NCBI GenBank assembly: GCA_977862235.1
Contig: OZ374560.1
Coordinates: 558,001-622,000 of the forward strand
Source of the DNA: Dudresnaya verticillata
Lineage: Eukaryota
DNA: 64,000 nt
Direction: 5' to 3'
Part shown: positions 1-10,882 of the stretch, one piece after another
Numbering within the stretch: the stretch's first letter is position 1
How the letters are laid out: every line of letters starts with the position of its first letter
The notes under the pieces: generated by a model
What the model was told of the DNA's origin: nothing
The model's input: only the letters and a program-made list of their open reading frames with translations
Database searches by the model: none
Program-made: the position numbers and the translations under genes

Positions 1-1712
1 TCAGCGAGTGGGCGGAGGGCGCCGAGCTTGGATGGGCATTTGAAAGATACCGGGAACGTGACGAGGTGTCACCGCACTGCAAGCTTCCCATCTTGATGGT
101 CCGAGAGAAGGAGCGCTGGTGCGTAGCGGAGAGATGGGTAGACCGGCACAGCCCTCTGTCCTACCGCTGAATGCGCTCCATGCGTGGTTTATCTCGCACA
201 CATTTTCCTTGTGCACGGGATGGGTGAGAAGAATCCTGAACTGCGCTACGGAGAGCGACGTTCGGGAACTTTGTGAGGCCCTGAAGTGTGTGGTCTGCAT
301 GCAACGAAGCTGTTGTGTCCTTCGACCCTTCAACCGTTCGCAAACTTTCGACAAATTGCTGTTGCAGGTGTGCATGGCCGGCCTTCAGGGCCATCTTCCT
401 GCCATTTCGACACTGCGTGCTACTCTCCTCTGCTCTTTTCACCCTCGACGACCTCTGTATCGCAGCAGCCAATCAAGCACAATACCTTGGCGATGAACTC
501 CTGAACTCAGGAAAGTCTGGTATCGCCGAAAGTACAGCTCGCGTGACCAAGGCCAAAAGGCTATTGGAGGCTGGTTAGTTTTCCCCACGCATACCAGCTC
601 GGCTTCTCGATATGTATACTATACGTTCGTGACAGCACTTCTGGAGTGCGGGCTGGCAATAACCCCATTGACCACCCACCCCTCCAAAATTTCGAGCAAT
701 GGGACTAGGTAAACTCTCTCTTCTTTCGGATAGTCACAGTCATAGATCAAAAGAGTACGTACATGCCGACTTCACTACTTATTAATCTCCGTACTCTCTT
801 TCGGGTTGTGGACATCAGGGACCCCCAAGTTCTCCTGCAACGTACCTTCTTCCACAAGCTTTGAAAGATTGTCCAATTTGGCAACCACAACGTCCGATGG
901 GCAATCGACGTGACGCTTGTCGCGATACGCACTCTCACCACGTCTCCATCTCTCACGCCCTGTAATCCTGTCCTACTACTTCCGATGAAAGGGAATCCTT
1001 TCAGGAATAGGCGAGCTCCAGTCTACAATGCCGACAATTTTGCCTCGCCGTCCAAATGAAATAGCCAGTCCACAGCATGCTGACTGTCCGGTAGCGCCTA
1101 GCGACGTTCCCAATCCATCTTTTGAACCTTTCCAGATTTCAACGCGTGGGAACCCGCCGCCGCCAGGATCTCCAGGCCTTCTCCCATACGCATCCCTCCC
1201 GAAATACCGTTACAACCGTCAACGACGCAATTGAAGGTATCCGCCATATCCCCGAACGCTCGTGTCCTACGACCACGCACGTATCTCCAGAGTGATATAA
1301 CCACCTTGTAGCGTACTGTGTTTGCCAATAGACCCTAGCCGCAGAAAATGTTTGACCACCCCCAACTTCATTTCAAACCGTCTTTCCGAATGATGTGACA
1401 GTGCCAATGCACATAACTGAAGGCAGCGGGGTGAACATGAGAAAGCAGGCGGGGCAAGGGAGGGTGAAGACCTTTCTCACCGGGGTGTGGAAGGGCAACA
1501 TGTAGGTGAAGAAGATTGTGACGGAGCACTACTTTAGCCCATACAATGCGATGCAACGATGCATGTGAAGGCTCTCCGTACCACCAGTCAGCAATTATGC
1601 TTTGCCATGAGCAACATTGGTCTTATTTACTGATCGTTTTTCACGCGAAACTCCCGCATTGGAGACGATGAGGCACGCTTCCCCAGCTTATTGCCAACAT
1701 GCATTGCATGGT

Positions 1713-2324
1713 CTACTGCTTACGCAGCGCCGCACCGCGACCAAAGCTGTGGCCGACGTTTGCGCGGTTCGAATGACTAGGGCGAGCCGCCGAACCCGAA
1801 CTGGAAGGCACGTGAGTGTCGTCCGATGTACGGTTAACACCGGGAGTCGCCATGCGAGCCCGGTACGCCGGGCGCGCGCGGACTGGGCCAGCGGGTCCGG
1901 CGGCTCCGTTCATTCCCGGGCGATAAGTCGGGCGGAACGAGCCGGGAGCATTGGTGGACTTGTACTTGGAGTCTCCCTGACGACGGGACGGATAACGGCC
2001 AGCACCATGGTGCGGGCGCGGTGACGGCAAGGGCACCTTGCGCTTCTCGATGTGGGTGTCGGGCTTGATGGCTTCCGGCAGGTTGAGGAACGTGCGCAGG
2101 TAGGTGAGACCCTGGTCGGTAGGGAAGTAGTAGTAGTGCTGCCAGGAGAAGGTGACGCGCACATGGCCGCGGGAGAGCAGCGACTTCATGACCTGCATGA
2201 CGTGCAGGTTTGGGACATCGATTTCCGGGTGCTTCCGGAGCATGGGGTCCTTCTTGACAACGAGGGCGCCCTGCTTGAAGAAGGTGGAGTAGATAGCGAC
2301 GCGGTTTGCCTTGGGCATCATCAT
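1713..2324 (-). CDS. RPS10: 40S ribosomal protein S10 (eS10), intronless, divergent, with extended C-terminus (203 aa)
   Basis: MMMPKANRVAIYSTFFKQGALVVKKD...HPEIDVPNLHVMQVMKSLLSRGHVRVTFSWQHYYYFPTDQGLTYLRTFLNLPEAIKPDT matches the Plectin/S10 domain. The first ATG is at 2324; the ORF track start at 2399 is not ATG. Confidence 0.92.
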   Translation of the reverse strand: MMMPKANRVAIYSTFFKQGALVVKKDPMLRKHPEIDVPNLHVMQVMKSLLSRGHVRVTFSWQHYYYFPTDQGLTYLRTFLNLPEAIKPDTHIEKRKVPLPSPRPHHGAGRYPSRRQGDSKYKSTNAPGSFRPTYRPGMNGAAGPAGPVRARPAYRARMATPGVNRTSDDTHVPSSSGSAARPSHSNRANVGHSFGRGAALRKQ

Positions 2325-3395
2325 CTTGGCGTTGGTGGTTGGATGGGGCGGCGGGCGGATGCGGATTACGTGAGAAGAAACCTTGCGAGTTTTGGACAAG
2401 TGTGGTTAGGCTGAGTGGTGGGGGGCTGGGAGACTTGGGAGGCGGGAGGGAGGGTGGGCAGAACGGCTTGAGCCAGTGTTGAAATAGGAAACTCCAGACG
2501 GGTTTGGGCGTTGCTGCTGTTCCCGCGGACGACGGCCGTGCCACGGGCGAAGGTCGGGAACGACTTGCGGGCAAGTCGCTCTCGACGGTGGTCAGTCGGG
2601 CGCTGAATGCGGCAGCAAAAAGCAGCAAAAATTAAGAAAAAAAAGAAGGACCAAACGGTCCAGATGACAAGACCGTAGGGCCACAACTGAAATTCCTTTG
2701 CTGATGTAATTGTGGCTGGTTTGTCAAACAACTACGCGGACCTGCTAATCTCACTGCCACTTTTCTATCTCATGCAAGAACACAAAGCTGTAACTAGTTC
2801 CTGGGATGAGGTCAGGTTGGGAAGGGAAGGCTAGAGAGGATGTTGAGACCCTCTTTCAATAGAAGACTGATGTCGATACAGAAATCGAAACGTCGTTGAC
2901 GGTTAGAGAGTGTATGAAGTACATCATTCGGCGAATGATGAGATCCGAAATGTTCACTTCAGAACTTTTCAGCATTTAAGACTATGGAGCCAATAGTGAA
3001 GCGACAAGGATCAGGCTCACAGCTCAGCACTGATTGGTTACATTACACTTTCCTCAACGGCTGACGTCAGTCAAACGTCAAGGATCGCGCTGACAGCGGT
3101 AGCTCCCAATCCAAATTCACACGCGCACGTGGGGCGCCCTGCGTTGCCGCCTGCCACCCAAAAACCGCCACCTGCACAGCCCCTCACCACCACCCAGCTG
3201 TCCGGGAATGCTGACCCATTCTACACCTCCGAGCACGTTCAACTTGAACACTTCAGAAAGGAGCTGAAGAACGCTTCAGCCTTACTTTTTGCTTGCATGG
3301 TGCACAGCCTCGCTGCAACTTTTACCGACTTAACTGTCCATGCCGTAGTACTACTGTACGTAAAACTTAAATCATCGCTGCGTTTGCAATACTAC

Positions 3396-5333
3396 TCAAA
3401 TGTGAATCGTTTGGTAGAACACGCGTACCGGGAAGAACAATCCTTCGATAGCGTTTCCGAATCGCGAGTGAACAAGATACGTCCTGAACGTGTATACCAA
3501 CTTGTGGATCCCCGACCGCACAACGCTCGTAATGTCAAACGTGCGAATATCCAGATTCGGAGCAGTCACACCACGGAATAAGTTGTCACCCAGGAAACGC
3601 CCGTTGATGAAGAACTGCTCGCCCTTGTACGAGTCGCTTTCGAACGTCACAATCGTCGTCCTGGACTGACGAACAGATCCACCGCCGGCCACACAGTTCA
3701 CCGCGTTGCTGTACACGCCAGCCGGGAACGTGAACTGGAAGTCATCAAAGCACACGTTGATGCGCGCCTTCGGTAGATCCGCCCGCTCGTACACAACCAC
3801 CATTGACCATGCGGCATATGCAGCGTTTCCAGAGCAAAGGATCCCACGGTTATCGTACCAGATACCGGATGCGGTGTACCCACCAGACCCGCTTACAATT
3901 CCGGTTACATCAGCAACAGCACCGTAGAACTGGTAGCTTCTGTACCCTCCATGATACGTCTTAGACGCGAACACTAAGCGATTGTTCAGACGGATTTCCG
4001 GTCTCTTGAAGATCCGCCCTGAAGCGGACCAGTACAAAAGAACCTTCTTGATCCTCGCTCCTGCTGGAATCGTAAGTGATGCGGAGCTAGACGGATTAAT
4101 CGTACAATCATCGCGATCTTCGTCGCGGCTCATGGAGTTTCCAATCACAACATAGTCTCCAGAACCTTCAAAGTTCACACAGCCACCTTCCTGGCACCTC
4201 GAAGGCATTAGAGGCATGGATGGTGGACGCGGTGAACTGGATGGACGTGGTGGACTGGATGGACGTGGTGGACTGGATGGACGTGATGACCTGGAAGGAC
4301 GCGGAGGCCTTGAAGGCCTCGGGGCAGGTGACCGAGAGGGACGAGGTGGTCTCGTCGGAAATGGAGACCGGGATGGACGGGGTTCGCGAGAAGGCTGTGG
4401 AGATGGCTTCGGGTCACGAGAAGGCGCCGGGGACGGTGCGGGATCACGAGAAGGTGCCGGGGACGGTGCGGGATCACGAGAAGGTGCCGGGGACGGCTTC
4501 TTGGAAGGCTTCGGTTTCCTAGACTTGCGCGGCTTCTTCGAGGGAGCTGGAGATGGCTTCGGCTTGCGGGACTTGCGAGGCTTCTTCGAGGGAGCTGGAG
4601 ATGGCTTCGGCTTGCGGGACTTGCGAGGCTTCTTCGAGGGAGCTGGAGACGGCTTCGGCTTGCGGGACTTGCGAGGCTTCTTCGAGGGAGCCGGAGACGG
4701 CTTCGGCTTGCGGGACTTGCGAGGCTTCCTGGAAGGGCCTGGAACGCCGCTGCCTCGTCCGACACAGAGGGTGGCCAGAACAGCACTTCCTTTCCGCCCT
4801 TTCACAGAAATATTAATAATGCCCTTCTTCGATGCCATCACATTATCGAACTCGACATAGACCACCTTGTTGCAACCCACGGCGGAGAAGATGTCAAGCG
4901 CAGATTTGGTCTGGGTGGCAACCGCGATGTCGAGAACTCTCTTACCAGCACGGCAGAACTTATTCTGGATCTCGGCGAATCCAAGCGTGATTGTGTACTT
5001 GAATTCCTTGGGCACGAGAATCTGGAATCGAATGTCCTTCTTGACGCGCTGCGTGAGGAATGCATGATCAAACACAGTGTCTGCAATTTCCTTCATCGGC
5101 TCCGTGAATGCGCCCGGATCGCCGCCAGTGTACTTGACGAGGCCCAATTCTGCCTGAAAAGGTCCCACCGATTCGAACCATGAGCCGATATTGATGCATA
5201 CCTTTGCCGGGAGCTTTCCCTTTTTGCCTTTGGGCACAAACAACGAACCCAGTTTCGCTCGCTTCCTTGCGAGTGCCGTCGTGCTAGCAAGAGCCAGCAC
5301 CGCTAGGAGTAAGAAGATTGAACAACGAGCCAT
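3396..5333 (-). CDS. Secreted protein: signal peptide + malectin domain + Lys/Arg/Pro/Ser repeat linker + bacterial-like beta-rich C-terminal domain (645 aa)
   Basis: MARCSIFLLLAVLALASTTALA is a signal peptide. The malectin signature is INIG...FLTQR...YTITLGFAEI...GKRVLDI...LDIFSAVG. The reading frame is long and uninterrupted. Confidence 0.85.
   Translation of the reverse strand: MARCSIFLLLAVLALASTTALARKRAKLGSLFVPKGKKGKLPAKVCINIGSWFESVGPFQAELGLVKYTGGDPGAFTEPMKEIADTVFDHAFLTQRVKKDIRFQILVPKEFKYTITLGFAEIQNKFCRAGKRVLDIAVATQTKSALDIFSAVGCNKVVYVEFDNVMASKKGIINISVKGRKGSAVLATLCVGRGSGVPGPSRKPRKSRKPKPSPAPSKKPRKSRKPKPSPAPSKKPRKSRKPKPSPAPSKKPRKSRKPKPSPAPSKKPRKSRKPKPSKKPSPAPSRDPAPSPAPSRDPAPSPAPSRDPKPSPQPSREPRPSRSPFPTRPPRPSRSPAPRPSRPPRPSRSSRPSSPPRPSSPPRPSSSPRPPSMPLMPSRCQEGGCVNFEGSGDYVVIGNSMSRDEDRDDCTINPSSSASLTIPAGARIKKVLLYWSASGRIFKRPEIRLNNRLVFASKTYHGGYRSYQFYGAVADVTGIVSGSGGYTASGIWYDNRGILCSGNAAYAAWSMVVVYERADLPKARINVCFDDFQFTFPAGVYSNAVNCVAGGGSVRQSRTTIVTFESDSYKGEQFFINGRFLGDNLFRGVTAPNLDIRTFDITSVVRSGIHKLVYTFRTYLVHSRFGNAIEGLFFPVRVFYQTIHI
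4216..4735 (-). repeat. Coding tandem repeats: ~5x 48 bp (KKPRKSRKPKPSPAPS), ~3x 30 bp (RDPAPSPAPS), ~3-4x 18 bp (PRPSSP)
   Basis: Repeats are directly visible in the DNA, e.g. cttcgagggagctggagatggcttcggcttgcgggacttgcgagg, and in the translation. Confidence 0.95.
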
Positions 5334-5961
5334 GTCTGGGAGGCGGTGGTACCGGTTGACTTTGGATGGAGGCAAACTGAATGGGAGTCAGGGAGGCTGG
5401 GCTTTAATACCTCCGCACGCTCCGAGGTACTGGGTTGTCAATTGGATGCACATTCGCAACCAGAAGGCGACGAGGCTTCAAAATTCACGTGCACAGTGTA
5501 ATCGCAGATCTTGACCTCCCTGTCAACAGCACAAATGCAAATTTGCAGACATACTGATTTGTGGAAAGCGCTATTGCCGCATCAGCACACATGATGTGGT
5601 GCTTCATGTGCCACCCATCCGCACTGACCTGGATGCTGCAACGCTTCGCTAAATCGTTGCACCTTCCGGATGGTTGAGAATCCGGTTTGGGGAATCTCAA
5701 ACAATTCCGAACATCTGAATTGCTGTAAATGCTCAAGTAAGATGGGGTGATCAACTCGCAACCGTCACCAGCACCTAAAACTGGGAGCATCGTCTCCATA
5801 GTATGATTTTCTTTCAGTAGGGGCCACTCACATATTGCTGAATCTGGCGGACTGTGGGGTGGACATCTACTACCGGTAGACTGTGGGAGGTGGCCTGAGC
5901 TGGGTTGCCGTACCACCCTCCGTGATTGTGCTCGTTGAAGAGAATATTCATCCGGCTACGA

Positions 5962-6044
5962 CCGGAGACTGCCAGTAGACAAAGACTGCCGGTGTAACCA
6001 GCCGGTAGACCAATTGACTCAATGGGTCTACCGGCAGTCTCCTG
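5962..6044. repeat. Short inverted-repeat element with internal hairpin (MITE-like or transposon end)
   Basis: ggagactgccagtagac (5964-5980) pairs with gtctaccggcagtctcc (6026-6042). The inner hairpin is gccggtagaccaattga-c-tcaatgggtctaccggc (6001-6035). Confidence 0.55.
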
Positions 6045-6939
6045 CTATGTAAAAACATTAGACGTAAACGTTTATTGTGAAGAAAAGTAGATTTTTCTTG
6101 GGCTGCACTGGGTCACATACAAATACGTACACCCCACATATTGTGCAATTCTGCTCTCTTCTTGGCTGTGCTCCTTTCGACGTATTCGAGTTTCATTTCC
6201 TCGCTTTGCAAGCGCTGCTGTTGGGAACTCGATTCGATATCCATCACGCAATTCAAACGTACAAGCAACAGATTCCATATTCCCCTATGATACTTGTCCG
6301 CCTGGACTAGGGGATCCAAGACGTTGTGAATAGTGACAAGGGCATCTGATCACAGCAGAACCAAAAGGCATTAAATCCCATCATACAGTACAGTGGAGCG
6401 GCATTGCCAGTCTACCAGGCCCTGACAGTTTCCGGTTTTAGCGTTCATTCTTCAATTCTAAGGGAATGTAAGGGCGCTTGAGATAGGTTGAATTCCGTTC
6501 AAGGTTTATCCTATTGTTGGACCTCTTATTACGAGTGCGTTGTTTTTAGACGATTTCCTGACGACCGATGTGCCTAGAGAAGGTAATTGTTCGACAGCAG
6601 TGCCGTCGTGTGATTGTATTTGTAACTACTCACCTGTATTTGGTACAGTAGTACCAAATTGGTAATGCGGTTTGGCCTCTTGTACGGTATCAACCAAAAG
6701 GCTTGATTGTTTTTTATCTGGTAGTCGGAGTAGACGTAACTGTTCTGTTTATTAGATTGCGATTTATCAAGTAGTGGGAGAAGACGCAACTGTTCTGTTT
6801 ATTAGAGTAGAGGTTCTTCCTCGGTTACATGCACTTCCGAATCTCAGCTTATGTTCCAACCCTCTCCCTTTATTTATTCCCTTTCGGATTTCTCGTTAGT
6901 GCACGAAGAAGATTAAGATTAAGTAAGAAATAGAACAAA

Positions 6940-7500
6940 ATTTGCTAACATCGCTCAAAAGCAAACTGGGTCTCATGAGAAGAGTAGCATATTCTTACTG
7001 TTTGTATTGGTCTCTTCAAGCTATCATCATGAAGAAGTTCGGAAGTCTCCCTCAAAGGCTATTAGATAGAAGTACAACTGAATGCTTAAATAGGTCAAAG
7101 GGGGTTATGTGTCCACTCGACATAAATCGTTGTTTAAAGTAGTAGAATGTGTTAAATCAGTAAGCATTTGTGAGAGCCAAGATCGCCAAAGCATCTATTT
7201 GGGGCTGATTTGGGCCCCAGAACGCGCCGAAGACAGAACAAGGCCAAGTAGAATAGAACACATTTTTCACAGATTGACCTTCCTCAAGGCTATCAGATGA
7301 TCCTGAAAGAGTTTACGATCCAGCTAGCAGCACTAAGAAGAGTTCAGTTTAGCAGGAATGTCAAACCATTGGCATTATTCCATTTCAAATACCATCTACT
7401 CGGCCCATGATTGCTGAAAGTAACGTAACATATTTGCAGGCCATTGTTCTTGTGTTCGGCAGCACCCATAGAAATACTTTTCTACTGTTTAATAACCAGG
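6940..7500 (+). pseudogene. Possible highly decayed hAT-like transposase remnant
   Basis: AT-rich, stop-ridden frame containing VSTRHKSLFKVVECV, resembling the hAT TRWxSxxxM motif, and QTIGII. Weak evidence. Confidence 0.25.
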
Positions 7501-9089
7501 ACCTTGAACAGGCACAAAAGATTAAAGATGAGACTGAATGTAGGGGCTGGTGGTCCCTATAGTTGTGTTGTGAGGTACGAACAACGAACACAACGGTCGC
7601 AACGAAACTGGATGTGATACCGAATCTGGGAAGACCATGCTGGACCCTTCTAAGATAATGCATATTAGAATTGAGTAGAACTTGTCAGAGAATTCTCTCT
7701 CCTTCACACCCTGCCCTCGCATCCAGGGGTGGGATGCAACGGAGGCTGACCAACATTGCGCGCAGCGATTCGGGATATAATCAAATTCATGAACTTCATG
7801 TTTCAGTTGATCGGTAGGTTGGTCAAGACCTTAATTTTAGGGCAGAATAGGAGGAACTGAAGACAATTGTAAGTGATAGGTACCCGCCCGTGCAGCTGAC
7901 GTACCGTACTTCGCAGATGCGCAGCTGAATTGTCAGTCTGCGAAAGTAACTGATCCAGCAGCGCCGTGGTTAATGTAAACCATACCGCAAATTCCGCCGA
8001 TAAGTGTTGACAATAGTAATAGCTTGAATCCGACAGGCGCACCTGGCGGGGTTTGTCCAAGATTATCGTTGATGAGAGGAGTGTCGACATCAATTGGATG
8101 GGTACCAGAAGGTTCTGTAGTTTTTGATGACCTGAATTCCGCGTGCAGTTGTGTACCCATCAGCCATACACTGTGCTTCCATTCCATTCAAGAAACTTAC
8201 TGTGCGATGTGGCTGACGACTCCAGAACGACAGACTGTCGACAGCCGCTGCATGCTGTTGGACAATGATCATCAAATTCAGCGGATGAGCTCCGACACTC
8301 CTCACTGCTTCATCCTATATATGGTCGCATTACAACCGGATTCGAACGTGGAATCCAGCGTAATGCTCTCTCTCTCTCTCTGCTCCATCCTTCACGCCGA
8401 ATAAGATCCCGCTGATGGGTCACGCATCATGACTCACTCTCACCTAAACTTAGCTCACGTACCATCTTGAAATGTTTCGTAACATATCAATACCTCCCCT
8501 CACTCGCTTCGTGCTTCTCTTGAGATCAGTAACTCTGGCCGCAAGTGCGCAGAAATGCGGCACGAACCATCTACACGGACCTCGTCAATCGAGACCTTCT
8601 TTACATCCATCGGCAGATGCACATCCGACTAGCAAGCTGCATTGCTGTGATACAGTGAACGTAATTACTGACAAAGAAAAGGAACCAGGCCACTTGGGGC
8701 AGATACTGTGAAATGCGCAAGTGGGAAGTGTAGAGAAGGTTCGACGGGCTTGGGGCATGGCACTCAGTCGTGGTGAAGCTGCGAGTGTGAATATAGCGAG
8801 CTGATCCCCGAGAGGACGATGTACAGTACGTTTGAATTCGGAAGATGAGAATGTGAGAGCGAGGCGTACGAGTTGAATGCAACAGTGGGCACGATACAGG
8901 ACCGGCGTGCGACGACACTTCTCCGCCACTTTAGCCCCGCGAGTGCTTGTGTAGTCAGAGAAGGAGGGAGGAGGTTTTGGAATACTCTCCGTGTTTTCCG
9001 TTCTACGTCGCGGAAGCGAACGGGGAGTGGAAGCACGAGGATACCGCTCAACCACACTAGAGTAAAGCAGCCTCAAGCGAAGCACTTCT

Positions 9090-9575
9090 TGCTCCACCAG
9101 AATCCCTTTTTGAACTGCACGTGTGGTGCGGAACGCTCGGGCATCTGCATTGCGTGTAGAGAGATGAGGAACTTTATGGTAGGGTTCGAAGGGCGCTAGG
9201 TCGCCCGGTCTACTCAAGGACCTACCTGAAGGGCAAGACGACGGCGATTGATTGCCGGCGCTTGAAAACGGAGAAGGTGAGATATAATGCGAATGGTGAG
9301 CTCTTGCGTTTCGTCCTAAGGGTTACTCCCTCGCTGTTCGGACGTAAAACGGGCAATGGCACGTAACGCCTGACGAGCCTCAGCGCCAATAGCGCCGCAC
9401 GAGTCAATACCTGCAGCGTAGAAATCCATCCCCTCGTTGTCTAGGAGATCTTGGAAATGAGCCCGTTTGGGACGTTCAGCGAGCGTCGCTGCGGCTCCAC
9501 CCGAATGAGAGGCGGCAGTGCAGTAATTTGCAGCAAACGGGGCCACCACAGTAGCATCAAAGGCCTGAGAGCGGG
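9090..9575 (-). mobile_element. 3' fragment of a CRE-like non-LTR retrotransposon (restriction-like endonuclease domain)
   Basis: FDATVVAP...GGAAATLAERPKRAHF...FYAAGIDSCGAIGAEARQALRAIAR, followed in another frame by RAVQKG. This is the typical C-terminal pattern of restriction-like endonucleases. Confidence 0.6.
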
Positions 9576-10021
9576 GGTTAAAGGCAGAAATAGGAACTGC
9601 ATGTATCCAGCTTCTGTCCAACATACCTCAGGAATTGTTAGGTGACATTTGGACTGCATGCAGAATTGATGTTGTGTCCAGAAGTGAAGAACGGGTTGAA
9701 GCGATGGGTGGCAAAAGAGGTTCGCCCTCTCATGCTGAGGCGGCCCCACCGAAGCAGAGTTCTCGGACGTCATCCAGCTACGTTTCTGAGCCCGGACTGT
9801 GGAAGAATAACCGTCACAAAAACAAACAAACAAACAACGACAAGCACGGCCACCACAGCACCCGCGGTCCACTGCACAGTCCACCAGCGCCTCGCGAACT
9901 GGTCCAGTCCGCGTCTGCAGGTCCCGGTCCAAACGGAATTTCTCCCCGTCCGTCGCGCCCCGCCGTCTCGCCCCGTCCAATGCATCCCCTCCGCCGCGCG
10001 CGCGCGCCCCACCGGCTATGA

Positions 10022-10022
10022 A

Positions 10023-10055
<33 letters not shown>

Positions 10056-10325
10056 TCCCGCTGCTTCTGGCGCCGCTCGTGGCCACGGGCCTGCACCTCG
10101 TCCTCGCCGCCGTCTCCCCGCGCGGCTCGGTGCTGAGCGCATCCGCCGCGCCGCTCCTCGCGCTGCTGCTGCTGCTGCAGTCGGGCTTTGCGCACGCTCA
10201 CGCGCACTCGCGCGCGCACGCCGCGCGCGCCTTCTCCGCCGCGCGCTTCTACGCCACGTGCGTGGCCCGCCTGTACCCGGTCTACCTGCTGTCGCTGCTG
10301 CTGCACGTGCCGCTCCCGCACTCGA
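10022..10325 (+). pseudogene. Very GC-rich fragment of an acyltransferase-3 (OafA/OatA-like) membrane protein
   Basis: LLLAPLVATGLHL...LLLLLQSGFAHAH...AFSAARFYATCVARLYPVYLLSLLL resembles the family motifs FxxSGF and FYxRRxxRLYP. There is no in-frame start (TGA at 10019) and the fragment is truncated. Confidence 0.5.
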
Positions 10326-10882
10326 CCGGACGCTCTCGACCCACAGCAGCTCGACGAGGCTGGCCTGGATGACCCAACTCTAACAGCTTGTCGATGTCTT
10401 TGTCAACAGGCCACCCGACCAGAAGTCTGGTGCCGCTGACGACCCAGACAATCCGGCGAACAACCTGCAGTATCCCGAAGATCATCCTGCTGCTGCCGAA
10501 GAGCATGACGAAGCTACTGGCTTATCTCAGGAAGTGGACGACCGAACCGCAGCTCCGCAGGCTGACGACCCCGCAGACCACGTCGGCCCCGAAGAAGACC
10601 GCACAGCTGTAGATATCGAGGAAGCGGCTGCAGATGTCGGTGCGAACGATGCAGCCGACGCGGAAACCGCGACAGTGGCAGCTGCCGCGACAGCGGGGCA
10701 AGAAGCTACTGTGGACGGGATTCCTGATGTGGTTCAAAGCCCGCCCTCCCCCCCCCCCTTCGCGATGACGCCACTGGCGCCGCTGGTGTCAAGGAAGCGG
10801 TAGCCGACCCACCTCCACAAGCGACAGAGGAAGCACCAACCACTACAAGGAAGGAAAACAGTCTCGGATAAAGAGGGAGAAG

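Noticed and set aside
1..1600. Short ORFs and protein-like fragments on both strands
   Set aside because: The frames are broken by stops and I recognise no domain. Possibly decayed genes, but not supportable.
1617..2731. Overlapping alternative-frame and antisense ORFs around RPS10
   Set aside because: Shadow ORFs caused by GC-rich codon usage of the real gene.
3061..3070. Perfect palindrome ctgacgtcag (CRE-like site)
   Set aside because: A single short motif with no supporting context; it could occur by chance.
4208..4860. Repetitive ORFs in other frames and strands
   Set aside because: By-products of the coding tandem repeats in the malectin gene.
6733..6805. Two ~23-bp direct repeats (gacg.aactgttctgtttattaga) with a spacer, CRISPR-like at a glance
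   Set aside because: Only two units, eukaryotic context and no cas genes; a local duplication.
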